58,008 nucleotides of DNA from Solirubrobacterales bacterium. GTDB taxonomy: Bacteria; Actinomycetota; Thermoleophilia; Solirubrobacterales; JACPNS01. How positions within the stretch are numbered: the stretch's first letter is position 1; every line of letters starts with the position of its first letter. Location of the stretch: the NCBI GenBank assembly GCA_050696815.1, contig JBOGYW010000002.1:1-58008 (forward strand). Direction: 5' to 3'. The position numbers and the translations under genes were made by a program. The notes below the pieces were generated by a model. It did no database searches, was not told where the DNA came from, and was given only the letters and a program-made list of their open reading frames with translations. Positions 34,747 to 43,912 of this stretch are shown in pieces.

Positions 34747-35490
34747 CTAGACGCCCACCACGGCCTCGAGCGCGAAGATCATCGCCGCGCCGACCGCGGT
34801 GCCCGCGGCGGCGCGCGCGTAAGCCCCGCGAACGAAGCCTTCAGGTATCAGCTCGATCGCCACGAGCACGAGCATCGCGCCCGCCGCAAAGCCGAACGAA
34901 ATCGGCAGCAGCGACTCGATCTGGTCGACCAGCGCGTAGGCGATCAGCGCGCCGATCGGCTGCGGCAGGCTGGTCGCGGTGGCGATCCAGAACTGCCGCC
35001 AAAAGCCGATTCCCGAGCCCTGCGTGGCGATCGCCATGCTCGTGCCTTCGGGCACGTTCTGCAGCGCGATCGCCAAAATCACGAACAGGCCGATGTCGCG
35101 ATCGGGTGCGGCGAAAGCCGTGCCAATCGCAAATCCCTCGGGCAAGCTGTGTGCGAACAGCACCGCGAAGACGAGTACGCCGCGGCGCACGCCGGCGCCG
35201 CGCAGCTGGCCGATGTGCACGTCGTACCCACGCAGCGCGCGACGGATTGCAAAGAACATCGCCGCGCCGACGGCCGCGCCGGCGCAAACCTCAAACGTCG
35301 AGCCGAACTCGAATCCCGGCTTGAGCAGCCCGACCACGGAGGCAACAGCCATCGCACCGACCGCGATGCCGATCAGGACCGGTCGCCAGCGCTCGGCATC
35401 GTCGCCGAGCACGTAAACCGGAACCACACCGACGCCAGTCGCAAGCATCGTCGCGACGCCGGCCAGCAGCACGATCAGCCATTCGCTCAT
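34747..35490 (-). CDS. ZIP-family metal (Zn/Fe) transporter, ZupT-like
   Basis: FAHSLPEGFAIGTAFA and IALQNVPEGTSMAIA (paired H/N-x-x-P-E-G motifs); eight hydrophobic segments. Confidence 0.82.
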   Translation of the reverse strand: MSEWLIVLLAGVATMLATGVGVVPVYVLGDDAERWRPVLIGIAVGAMAVASVVGLLKPGFEFGSTFEVCAGAAVGAAMFFAIRRALRGYDVHIGQLRGAGVRRGVLVFAVLFAHSLPEGFAIGTAFAAPDRDIGLFVILAIALQNVPEGTSMAIATQGSGIGFWRQFWIATATSLPQPIGALIAYALVDQIESLLPISFGFAAGAMLVLVAIELIPEGFVRGAYARAAAGTAVGAAMIFALEAVVGV

Positions 35491-35544
35491 GGCGCCAAGC
35501 TAGCTCGTGCGTCACTCGCACCGAGGTCGCGTATCGTGTGACCG

Positions 35545-36678
35545 ATGACTCAGCGTGCGACCGTTCTGATCGTCGGCGGCGGGATCGCCGCACTCGAGAC
35601 CGCGCTCGGCCTGTACGAATCGCCGAACTTCTCGGCCGACGTCGCACTCGTCGCGCCGAACGAAAAGTTCTACTACCGGCCGTTCGCCGTACTCGAACCG
35701 TTCGGCTTCCACCAGAACGCCGAGCTGGCACTGGGCGAGCTGCTCAAGGACAGTCGCACGACGCTGATCCACGATTCGGTCGCACGCGTCGACCTGGATC
35801 TCAAGGTCGCGACGCTGGGCGGAGGCGAAGCGATCGAGTTCGATGCGCTGGTGATCGCCACCGGCGCGGCGCAGTCGGAGGGCATCAAGGGCGCAACGAC
35901 CGTCGGTGGACCGGACGGCACCGCCGGAGTGGCGCGATTGTTGACGGAGATCGACAGCGGCACGCTACGCCGCATCGCCTTCGTCGCCGCGCGCGGCGCG
36001 TCGTGGACGCTGCCGATCTACGAGCTCGCGCTGCTCACCGCGGCGAGGGCGGCGCACCGGCGTGGTTCGGGTATTCGCATCGCCGTGATTACGCCCGAGC
36101 GCCAGCCTCTCGGCATCTTCGGCCCGGAGGCCTCCGATCGCGTCACCGCGCTGCTGCGCGATGCCGAGATTGAACTGCACACTGCGGAGAGTGCGCTGAG
36201 CTTCGCCGACGGCGTCATCACGACCCTCGCCCGTACGGAGATCAAAGCGGATCGCACCGTTGCACTGCCGATCTTGACCGGCCACCGAATCGATGGGCTG
36301 CCGCAGAACGAAGCCGGTTTCCTCGCAGTCGACGAACACGGACTGGTCAGTGGCCAGCGCGACCTCTACGCCGCCGGCGACACCACGGATTTCCCGGTCA
36401 AGCAGGGCACTATCGCCTCACAGCAGGCCGAAGCCGTCGTCGAGTCGCTCGCCTGCCGCTGTGGCTCGCAGGAGCAGGCGCGGGCATTCGTGCCGCAGCT
36501 GCACGGTGTGCTCTTCTCGACACACGGCAAGACCGTGATGGATGCACTGCGCGGGCCCGGCGGACAGACCTCGGATGCGATCCCCGAGCAGTTGCTCGAA
36601 GATGACGCCGAGAAGTTCTACTCCCGCTATCTCGGCCGGCGAATGCAGCAGCTGCGCGCGCGGTCGATGCGGTCGTAA
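35545..36678 (+). CDS. FAD-dependent pyridine-nucleotide-disulfide oxidoreductase family protein (SQR/NDH-2-like)
   Basis: ATVLIVGGGIAALETALGL (dinucleotide fold), ...DALVIATGA..., a second Rossmann RIAFVAARGASWTLPIYELAL, and ...LYAAGDTTDFP. Confidence 0.75.
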   Translation: MTQRATVLIVGGGIAALETALGLYESPNFSADVALVAPNEKFYYRPFAVLEPFGFHQNAELALGELLKDSRTTLIHDSVARVDLDLKVATLGGGEAIEFDALVIATGAAQSEGIKGATTVGGPDGTAGVARLLTEIDSGTLRRIAFVAARGASWTLPIYELALLTAARAAHRRGSGIRIAVITPERQPLGIFGPEASDRVTALLRDAEIELHTAESALSFADGVITTLARTEIKADRTVALPILTGHRIDGLPQNEAGFLAVDEHGLVSGQRDLYAAGDTTDFPVKQGTIASQQAEAVVESLACRCGSQEQARAFVPQLHGVLFSTHGKTVMDALRGPGGQTSDAIPEQLLEDDAEKFYSRYLGRRMQQLRARSMRS

Positions 36679-36679
36679 G

Positions 36680-37234
36680 TTACTTGCGCCAGGCCGCTTC
36701 AAGCGGCACACCGAACGTGTTCAGCGCGCCGGCGAGCATCGCGTAGTTGCCGGTGAGCATCACCAGCTCGAGAATCAGGTCCGGTGAGTAGCGCGCGCTC
36801 AGCGCGTCCCAGGTCTCGTCGCTGAGTATGCGGTCGTCGAGGATCTCGCCGGCAGCGCGCAGCACCAGGCGCAGGCGCTCATCGAGCTGCTCGTTTTGCG
36901 GGTCGCTGCCGATCAGTTCGATCTGATCCGCAGTCAGCCCGGCGCGGCGGCCGAGCGCTTTGTGCTGTGTCCACTCGTATTTCGAGCCGCAACGCGCGGC
37001 GGTGAACAAGATCACCGCCTCGGTCTCGATGCGCGGCAGCTTGCCGCGCGGCATCATCCGGGCGTTCAATGCCAGGAACGGCCGAAACAGCCGGCGGTTG
37101 ACCGACAGCACGCGCAGGAACTGGTAGCTGCGGCCGCGCGAACCGCGCCTGAACGCCGCGATCACGAGCTTGCTGACGGCCGAGCGCTTGATCCGCGGGT
37201 CGTCGGTGCGGTCGGGCGCCGCGTGCCAGGTCAT
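36680..37234 (-). CDS. Carboxymuconolactone decarboxylase (AhpD-like) family protein
   Basis: Only the distal 184 aa of track ORF 36680..38035 look real: ...EAVILFTAARCGSKYEWTQHKALGRRAGLTADQIE...LILELVMLTGNYAMLAGALN. ATGA overlap with the upstream MBL gene at 37231-37234. Confidence 0.7.
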   Translation of the reverse strand: MTWHAAPDRTDDPRIKRSAVSKLVIAAFRRGSRGRSYQFLRVLSVNRRLFRPFLALNARMMPRGKLPRIETEAVILFTAARCGSKYEWTQHKALGRRAGLTADQIELIGSDPQNEQLDERLRLVLRAAGEILDDRILSDETWDALSARYSPDLILELVMLTGNYAMLAGALNTFGVPLEAAWRK

Positions 37235-38325
37235 TTGCGCTTGCGTTCGATCGCGGTCATCGTCTGTTGCATCGCGACGATCGCCTTCGAGCGCCCCGCG
37301 CCCAGCAGGTGGTCCTTGCCGCCGTCGCGCACGTGCTGCTCGGTGTGCAGCGTCACGACGAGGCGAGCGGGGTCGTCCCACCGCGACCACGGCAGCTGCG
37401 TGAACTCGTCGCTCAGCAACAGCTTCCGCGCGGCCTTCGCCGGCGCGACACCGTTCTCGAGCTGGCTCACGCCCTCGCGCTGAACCCATTCGAAGTAGTC
37501 GCGCAACAGATCGACCTCGGCCTGCGTGCAGACCGGGCCGTGCCCAGGCACAAAGGTCTCGGCGCCGAGCCCGGAGATCGTCGCGATCGCCTTCTGCCAG
37601 CTGCTCACCGGACCGGCCCACATGATCGGCGTGCCGCCGATGAAGAGGATGTCCGCCGCGAAGCACACACCGGCATCGGGCACCCACGCAACCGCGTCGC
37701 CGCCGGTGTGCGCCGGGCCGACCTCGATCAGTTCGACGCTGCGGTCGCCGACCGCCACGGTCAGCGAGCCGGAAAAGGTCTCGTTCGGTTTGGTCAGCAC
37801 GACCTCGCTCCAGTCGAACGGCGAGAACTGCGTTCCCATGTACTTCAGCGGCAGCCGCGGCAGATTGCCGTAGTCGCGCGTGCCGATCAACGGCAGCGGA
37901 ACGCTGCCGATCGCCGCAAGCAGCTTGCCGCCGCGTTGCATCGCGCGCAGCTCCTTCGGCGGGTCGTACTTCATCAGCTCCAGCGCGCGGTCGGTGGAGA
38001 TGATCCGCGCGTCGGCCAGCAGCTGGTTGCCCCACACGTGGTCGCCGTCGGAGTGGGTGTTGAAAAGCGTCTGCGGCTTGGCGATGCCGGTCAGCTCGCG
38101 CGCCGCGTCGAGCATCCGCTGGGTCAACTTGAGATCCCAGAGCGTGTCGACCAGCAACGCTTGGTCACCCGAAACGATCAGGCCCGAGTTTGACTCGCCC
38201 AGTTCGCCGTTCGGCTGCATCCAGGCCCAGGTTTCATCGGCTACCTGTTGGTAGCCGAGATCGAAGCGTGCCTCACGCCCATGTAGGGTCGGTTGGCGAG
38301 CGTTCTGCAAGGTTGCCGAGGGCAT
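37231..38325 (-). CDS. MBL-fold metallo-hydrolase
   Basis: LVDTLWD...LFNTHSDGDHVWGN (H-x-H-x-D-H variant)...GPAHTGGDAVAWVPD...FVPGHGP. Confidence 0.8.
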   Translation of the reverse strand: MPSATLQNARQPTLHGREARFDLGYQQVADETWAWMQPNGELGESNSGLIVSGDQALLVDTLWDLKLTQRMLDAARELTGIAKPQTLFNTHSDGDHVWGNQLLADARIISTDRALELMKYDPPKELRAMQRGGKLLAAIGSVPLPLIGTRDYGNLPRLPLKYMGTQFSPFDWSEVVLTKPNETFSGSLTVAVGDRSVELIEVGPAHTGGDAVAWVPDAGVCFAADILFIGGTPIMWAGPVSSWQKAIATISGLGAETFVPGHGPVCTQAEVDLLRDYFEWVQREGVSQLENGVAPAKAARKLLLSDEFTQLPWSRWDDPARLVVTLHTEQHVRDGGKDHLLGAGRSKAIVAMQQTMTAIERKRK

Positions 38326-38361
38326 GCGCGTTTAATATACATCACGTCTAATAGCAGTGAG

Positions 38362-38955
38362 ATGACGAAGGCGCCACGAACACGAATGTCGGTCGACGCT
38401 CGGCGCGAGCAGATGCTCGATGTCGGCATCGTGCTGCTCGCCGGAACGCCGCTCGAGGAGATCTCGATCGACGACATCGTCGCCAAGGCCGAGATCTCGC
38501 GCGCGCTGTTCTATCACTACTTCGAGAGCAAGAGCCAGTACTTCCGCCAGGCGGTCGAGCGCGCCTCGAATGCGATCTCAGATGCAACTCGCCCTGATCC
38601 CGAGGCGCCGCCGGGCGACCAGCTGAAGTACGCGATCGACGGCTACCTCGACTTCGTCACGGACCACTCGTTGCAGTACCGCGCGATCTACCGCAGCCTG
38701 CAGACCGGCGACCCGGCGATCCGGCAGATCCTGGTCGACAGCCAGTCCGAGAAGGAAGAGCAGATCCTCGCCGTGCTCGGTGAGCAGATCGAGATCAGTG
38801 AACTCGTGCGGCTGGCGGTGCACGGCTGGATCGCCTTCCTGATCGCCAACTGCCTGCGCTGGCTCGATACCGGCGAGCCCGAGCGTGACCAGCTGCGCGA
38901 CATGTGCACCGAGACGCTGTTCGCCGCCGTCGCGGCGGCGGTCAAACAGGGCTGA
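38362..38955 (+). CDS. TetR-family transcriptional regulator
   Basis: HTH region REQMLDVGIVLLAGTPLEEISIDDIVAKAEISRALFYHYFESKSQYF. Start set to ATG 38362. Divergent from the MBL/CMD pair with only 36 bp between the starts. Confidence 0.85.
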   Translation: MTKAPRTRMSVDARREQMLDVGIVLLAGTPLEEISIDDIVAKAEISRALFYHYFESKSQYFRQAVERASNAISDATRPDPEAPPGDQLKYAIDGYLDFVTDHSLQYRAIYRSLQTGDPAIRQILVDSQSEKEEQILAVLGEQIEISELVRLAVHGWIAFLIANCLRWLDTGEPERDQLRDMCTETLFAAVAAAVKQG

Positions 38956-39544
38956 CGGCGCCGGCCGCTCGGCGGCAGTACTCCGTGAGCGCCGCCACCA
39001 CGTGGTCCTGTGACGCTCCGCCGCCATCGACCGGCGACAGCGGTCCGACGAGCGCTTCGCCGATCGAGCCGACCAGCGCGGCAGCCGTCAGATCGACGTC
39101 TTGGTCGGGAATCGCGCCGGCAGCGATCCCCTCGGCCAGCAGTCCCGCGATCAGGTCCGTGTAGTAGCGGCGAAACTCGAGCCGCTCGATGTCGACCAGC
39201 GGGTCGACCGGCTCGGCGAGCAGCGACCAGGCGAGCCGCCGATTGCTGAGGGCGCGGCGCGAGAAGACCTCGACGACGGCGTCGAGCCGGTCGGTGAAGC
39301 TCTCGTGTTCCGCGGCGGCTGCGCGCATCGCGTCGACCTCGCGGTCGCAGACCGAGCGGAAGACCTCCACGAACAGCGCCTCTTTCGACGGAAAATGGCG
39401 GTAGAGCGTGCCCGCCGCGACGCCGCTGCGCTCAGTGATCGCACCGACGGTCGCGGCGGCGTAGCCGCCTTCTTGCAGCAGAGCGATCGTGCTGTCGATC
39501 AGCTTCTGCCTGGTGGCGCCGCGCGGGCGGCTCGCCGTCGCCAC
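38942..39544 (-). CDS. TetR-family transcriptional regulator (last gene of the aidB-like operon)
   Basis: RQKLIDSTIALLQEGGYAAATVGAITERSGVAAGTLYRHFPSKEALF. Separated by 2 nt from the upstream crotonase gene. Confidence 0.88.
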   Translation of the reverse strand: MATASRPRGATRQKLIDSTIALLQEGGYAAATVGAITERSGVAAGTLYRHFPSKEALFVEVFRSVCDREVDAMRAAAAEHESFTDRLDAVVEVFSRRALSNRRLAWSLLAEPVDPLVDIERLEFRRYYTDLIAGLLAEGIAAGAIPDQDVDLTAAALVGSIGEALVGPLSPVDGGGASQDHVVAALTEYCRRAAGAVSPV

Positions 39545-39546
39545 AC

Positions 39547-40455
39547 TCAGCCTTTGAAGGTCGAGAGTCCGTGGTCGCCGAACGGCTCGTCGCGTTCACG
39601 CACTGCTTCGCGATAGCCGTCGGTGTAGGCCTTCTCCTGGAACGCGTAGCCCTCGACGGTGTGCCGGGTGATGCCGTCGAAGATGATTCCGAGCGTCTGC
39701 GTGTTGCGCAACCCCTGCGTCTCGATCGTCTGATTGACGAGCAGCTTCATCATCATCAGCTGGTTGAGCGGCATGCGCGCGATTCGCTGAACCAGGACCT
39801 CGGTGCGCTCGTCGAGCTCCGCCGCCGGTGGCGCTTCGATCGCCAGTCCCCACTCCGCCGCTTCGGCGCCGGACAGCGAGTCGCCGGTGAACAACAGCCG
39901 CTTCGCCCGCTGCGGGCCGATCCGGTGCGCCCACAGCGCAGTCGTCGGCGAGCCCCAGACGCGCGCCGGCGGATAGCCGATCTTTGCGTCGTCCGCGATC
40001 ACCAGCAGGTCGCTGCAGAGCGCCATGTCCGTGCCGCCGGCGACGCAGAACCCGTGCACCTTGCAGACGATCGGCTTGCCGCACTCGAATAGCTTCATGA
40101 ACGTCTTGACGTTGCGGCTCATCATCGCGTAGTCGGTCATCGGGTCCCAGACCGCGGCCGGGTTGTGGTTGGCGGCCATCACCGCCGGGTCGATCGGCGA
40201 GCCCAGCTCGCGCTTGGGCGGCGCTTCGCGGCCGGCCATGCGCTCGGCCGCTTCGACCAAGTCGTAACCACCGCAGAAGCCGCTGCCGGCGCCTGCGAGC
40301 AGCAGAACCTTTGCCTGCGGATCGAGGTCTGCCTTCTCGACCGCTTCCGCCAGCTCCTCGAGCAGGTCGCGATTGATGCCGTTGCCGCGTTCGGGGCGGT
40401 TGAGCGTGATGCGCGCGACCGCACCATCGCGCTCGTAGATAACGGCCTCGCTCAT
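39547..40455 (-). CDS. Enoyl-CoA hydratase/isomerase (crotonase) family protein
   Basis: AVARITLNRPERGNGIN...VLLLAGAGSGFCGGYDL...KPIVCKVHGFCVAGGTDMALCSDL. Confidence 0.85.
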   Translation of the reverse strand: MSEAVIYERDGAVARITLNRPERGNGINRDLLEELAEAVEKADLDPQAKVLLLAGAGSGFCGGYDLVEAAERMAGREAPPKRELGSPIDPAVMAANHNPAAVWDPMTDYAMMSRNVKTFMKLFECGKPIVCKVHGFCVAGGTDMALCSDLLVIADDAKIGYPPARVWGSPTTALWAHRIGPQRAKRLLFTGDSLSGAEAAEWGLAIEAPPAAELDERTEVLVQRIARMPLNQLMMMKLLVNQTIETQGLRNTQTLGIIFDGITRHTVEGYAFQEKAYTDGYREAVRERDEPFGDHGLSTFKG

Positions 40456-42068
40456 GGCGCGATCCGATCGATGATCGCCTGCGCGTCGACGCCGGTCGGC
40501 AGCGTGCCGTAGGCGCGGCCGCCGTCGCCGAGCCGTCCGGCGCAGAACGCGTCGCTGACGGCCGGCGGTGCGTTGCGCACCAACAGGCTTGCTTGGAATG
40601 CGACGCCGAGGTCCTCGACGATCCGGCGGGCACCGAACTGAGCGTCGATCATCTCGGGATCGTTCGCGCCCTCGGCGAGGCCTGCCAGACGGCGGCCAAT
40701 ACCGTCGATGTGCGCATCGAGCCTGTCATCGGCGCCGCGCGCCAGCTCGCACTCGGCCAGGAAGGCCGGCAGCCCTTCGGGCTCCTTCGCCATCGCGCGC
40801 AGCACGTCGAGCGCGGCGACGTTGCCGGAGCCTTCCCAGATCGACATCAGCGGTGCGTCGCGGTAGATCAGCGGCATGCCGGAGTCCTCCACGTAGCCGT
40901 TGCCGCCCAGGCACTCGAGCGCCTCACCGGCGTGACCCGGCGAGCGCTTGCAGATCCAGTACTTCATCACCGCCGTGCCGAAGCGGCGCAGCGGCTCATC
41001 CTGCTCGTCGAACGCGCGGGCGATGCGCATCACTGAAGCCGTCGTCGCCTCGGACTCGATCGCCAGGTCCGCGAGCACGTTCTGCATCGCCGGCTGGTCC
41101 GCGAGCAGCTTGCCGAAGGCCGTGCGGTTGCGGGCGTGATGGGTGGCCTCGAGCACGCCGCGGCGCATCGAGGTCATCGAACCGATCATGCAGTCGAGCC
41201 GCGTGTGGTTGACCATGCCGATGATCACCGGCACACCGCGACCTTCTTCACCGACCAGCCGTGCTCGCTGGCCCTTGAACTCGACCTCACTGCTGGGCAG
41301 CGAACGCGTGCCGAGCTTGTCCTTCAAGCGCTGGAACTCCATACCCTCGCCGCGCTCCACGAAGAAGCAGCTAAGCCCGCCGGGCGCTTGCGCCAGCACG
41401 AGGAAGACATCGCACGGCGGATACGAGCAGAACCACTTGTGGCCCCATAGCTCGTATTCGTCGCCGCCGGCCGGCCGCGCCTCGGTGGTGTTCGCGCGCA
41501 CGTCGGAGCCGCCCTGCTTCTCGGTCATCGCCATGCCGGCGATCGCGCCGTTCGCATAGTCGGGCATCGTCAGCCGGTCTTCCCACTCTGCCGCGATCTC
41601 GGGCGCGTTGTTGCGCAGCGGCGGGATCACCGCGTGGGTCATCGAGATCGGGCACATCACACCGCCGTTGGCGTGCGACCAAGTTCCGAACAGCGCCGCG
41701 CGCGCAGCGTGGGCGCCGTCCCGGTAGTCGCGCCACGGCAGCGAGTGGGTCTGGTGCTCGATCCCGGTCTTCAACAGCTCGTGCCAGGACGGATCAAGTT
41801 CGACCTGGTCGATGCGATTGCCGAAGCGGTCGTGCGTCAGCAGTGTCGGCTCGTTGCGCTCGGCGCGGCGCGAGTGCTCGCGCGTCTCGGCGCTGCCGGC
41901 GATCGCGCCGAGCGCGACCAGCCGGTCGGTCGCCCATTCGGCGCCCTCGCGCGCGACGGCCTCTTGCAGCGGCGTGTCGGCGAGATAGTGGTTGATCGGC
42001 TCCAGCGGAACCGACTGGTTGAAGACCTCGTGGGTCTGGCCGGCGGCGCTATCAACGGTCGTACTCAT
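40452..42068 (-). CDS. aidB: AidB-like acyl-CoA dehydrogenase
   Basis: Colinear with E. coli AidB as I remember it: HEVFNQSVPLE...DPSWHELL...MTEKQGGSDVRANTT...GHKWFCS...LVLAQAPGGLSCFFV...LKDKLGTRSLPSSEVEF...SIWEGSGNVAALDVLR. Confidence 0.82.
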   Translation of the reverse strand: MSTTVDSAAGQTHEVFNQSVPLEPINHYLADTPLQEAVAREGAEWATDRLVALGAIAGSAETREHSRRAERNEPTLLTHDRFGNRIDQVELDPSWHELLKTGIEHQTHSLPWRDYRDGAHAARAALFGTWSHANGGVMCPISMTHAVIPPLRNNAPEIAAEWEDRLTMPDYANGAIAGMAMTEKQGGSDVRANTTEARPAGGDEYELWGHKWFCSYPPCDVFLVLAQAPGGLSCFFVERGEGMEFQRLKDKLGTRSLPSSEVEFKGQRARLVGEEGRGVPVIIGMVNHTRLDCMIGSMTSMRRGVLEATHHARNRTAFGKLLADQPAMQNVLADLAIESEATTASVMRIARAFDEQDEPLRRFGTAVMKYWICKRSPGHAGEALECLGGNGYVEDSGMPLIYRDAPLMSIWEGSGNVAALDVLRAMAKEPEGLPAFLAECELARGADDRLDAHIDGIGRRLAGLAEGANDPEMIDAQFGARRIVEDLGVAFQASLLVRNAPPAVSDAFCAGRLGDGGRAYGTLPTGVDAQAIIDRIAP

Positions 42069-42084
42069 CTGTTCCCTTCGAACG

Positions 42085-42104
42085 ATGTGAATCCGGATTC
42101 ACAT
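42085..42104. promoter_or_regulatory. Perfect 20-bp palindrome, candidate TetR operator of the aidB-like operon
   Basis: ATGTGAATCCGGATTCACAT lies 17 nt upstream of the ATG at 42068, in the 125-bp gap shared with the divergent GT39-like gene. Confidence 0.55.
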
Positions 42105-42193
42105 AGCTTACACGAAATCCCGAACTGGGGTCGGTTTCGGCCGAACCTTCAAGGCGCACGCGGCAGGGCGGCGCGCCGATATCGTTTCCCGCC

Positions 42194-43855
42194 GTGAGCA
42201 CCCCGCGCAAACGGCCGACGGCTGCCGCATTGACTCTCGCCGGGATTCTCTTCACCGGACTGCTGCTGCGGCTCTGGGGCATTCGCAACGGACTGCCGGT
42301 CGTCTACAACCTCGACGAGTACGCCCACTTCGTCGTCTCGGCCGTGAACATGTTCGGCGGCGGGCTGAACCCGCACTACTTCCAGAACCCACCGGCCTAC
42401 ACGTATCTGCTGCACGTGCTCTTCTCGATCGCCTACGCGGTGCCGCCGATCGGCTCGCTCGGGCTCGCCGTGCACCACGCGTTCGAAGGCGACCCGACAA
42501 CGCTCTACGTGATCGCGCGCGTCACTAGCGCGCTGATGGGTCTCGGCGCCGCCTGGATCCTGTACTTCGTCGGCAAGAAGCTCTACGGCGTCGCCGTCGG
42601 CCTGGTCACCACGGCGCTGCTCACCTTCACCTTCCTACCCGTCTTCTACAGCCACGTCGCGCTCAACGACGTGCCGACGCTGCTGCCGCTCTGTCTCGGG
42701 CTGTTCGGCCTGGCGGGGATCGTCAAGCGCGGCAAGCTGCTCGACTACCTGATCGCGGGCCTGGGCCTGGGCCTCGCGACCGCTACTAAGTACACCGCGG
42801 CGGCGCTGGCGGTCGGAATCTTCACCGCTTGGCTGATCCGCGTCTGGGGCGACCGCGAGGCCTTCCGGCGCGAGGCGCCCTACCTGATCGCCGCCGGCGC
42901 GCTTTCGCTGGCCGTCTTCTTCATCGCCAACCCCTACGCGCTGCTCGATCCGCACAAGTTCGTCTACGACGTGCGCCGCCAGCGCGACATCAGCGCCGGC
43001 GTCTCGAAGCTCGGCACCGACGACACCACGGGCTGGGCCTACTACGTCAAGACGCTGACCTGGGGCTACGGCTGGCTGCCGCTGCTGACAGCGCTCGGCG
43101 GCGCGGCGCTTGCGCTCAAGCGCGACTGGCGCAAGACGCTCCCGTTCGTCGTGACCGCCCTGCTGGTCTGGCTGTTCATGGGCCACCAGGAGCGCTTCTA
43201 TGCGCGCTGGCTGATGCCGGTCTATCCGATCCTCGCGCTCTTCACCGCCTACGCGATCGTCGAGCTCGGCAGACTTGCGGGCACAAAGTGGCGCACCGCC
43301 CCCACCGTTGCGGTCGCGGCGATCGTGCTCGCCCAGCCGCTCGTAACCGTGGTCCACAACGACATCGTGCTGACGAAGACCGACACGCGTGCGCTGGCGA
43401 AGAGCTGGCTGTTGGAGAACGTCGGCGCCGGCAAGAAGGTCGCGATCGAGCTGATCGGGCCGAAGCCGTACTTCAACGTCGGCGGGGCACGCGGCGGCGC
43501 GAAGGAGTTCGATTACTACCCGCTGCCGACCGGCAGCGAGGTCGAGCGGTACGCGCAGTCGCTGAAGCCTGAGCTGCTGAACGCTTACGCGGCGGGCGGC
43601 TACTGCTACGTCGTCGTCGGCAGCATCCAAAAGGGCCGCGTAACCAAGGATCCCTCGAAGGCGCCGGGCGCCGCGGCTTACTACAAGGCGCTCGACGCCC
43701 AGGCCGAGAAGGTCGCGAGCTTCAGCCCGGTCAAATCCGGCACCAAACTGCCGACCTTCAACTTCGACATCTCGTACAACTGGTACCCGTTGAACTACAC
43801 CCGGCCGGGCCCACAGATCGACATCTACCGGCTGAAAACGGGCGACTGCAAGTAA
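42194..43855 (+). CDS. GT-C fold membrane glycosyltransferase (GT39 / ArnT / PMT_2-like)
   Basis: N-terminal LLRLWGIRNGLPVVYNLDEYAHFVVSA...YFQNPPAYTY, followed by more than 10 TM segments and a soluble C-terminal domain. Confidence 0.7.
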   Translation: MSTPRKRPTAAALTLAGILFTGLLLRLWGIRNGLPVVYNLDEYAHFVVSAVNMFGGGLNPHYFQNPPAYTYLLHVLFSIAYAVPPIGSLGLAVHHAFEGDPTTLYVIARVTSALMGLGAAWILYFVGKKLYGVAVGLVTTALLTFTFLPVFYSHVALNDVPTLLPLCLGLFGLAGIVKRGKLLDYLIAGLGLGLATATKYTAAALAVGIFTAWLIRVWGDREAFRREAPYLIAAGALSLAVFFIANPYALLDPHKFVYDVRRQRDISAGVSKLGTDDTTGWAYYVKTLTWGYGWLPLLTALGGAALALKRDWRKTLPFVVTALLVWLFMGHQERFYARWLMPVYPILALFTAYAIVELGRLAGTKWRTAPTVAVAAIVLAQPLVTVVHNDIVLTKTDTRALAKSWLLENVGAGKKVAIELIGPKPYFNVGGARGGAKEFDYYPLPTGSEVERYAQSLKPELLNAYAAGGYCYVVVGSIQKGRVTKDPSKAPGAAAYYKALDAQAEKVASFSPVKSGTKLPTFNFDISYNWYPLNYTRPGPQIDIYRLKTGDCK

Positions 43856-43912
43856 TCACTTTTAGGCATTCGTGTCCATTCGGCGCGTCCAGGACTCAAA
43901 TTCCGGGGAGTT

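Noticed and set aside
37235-38035. Upstream part of track ORF 36680..38035 (451 aa)
   Set aside because: It is an out-of-frame shadow of the MBL hydrolase gene on the same strand (Arg/Ala/Gly-rich). The CMD-family protein begins at ATG 37234.
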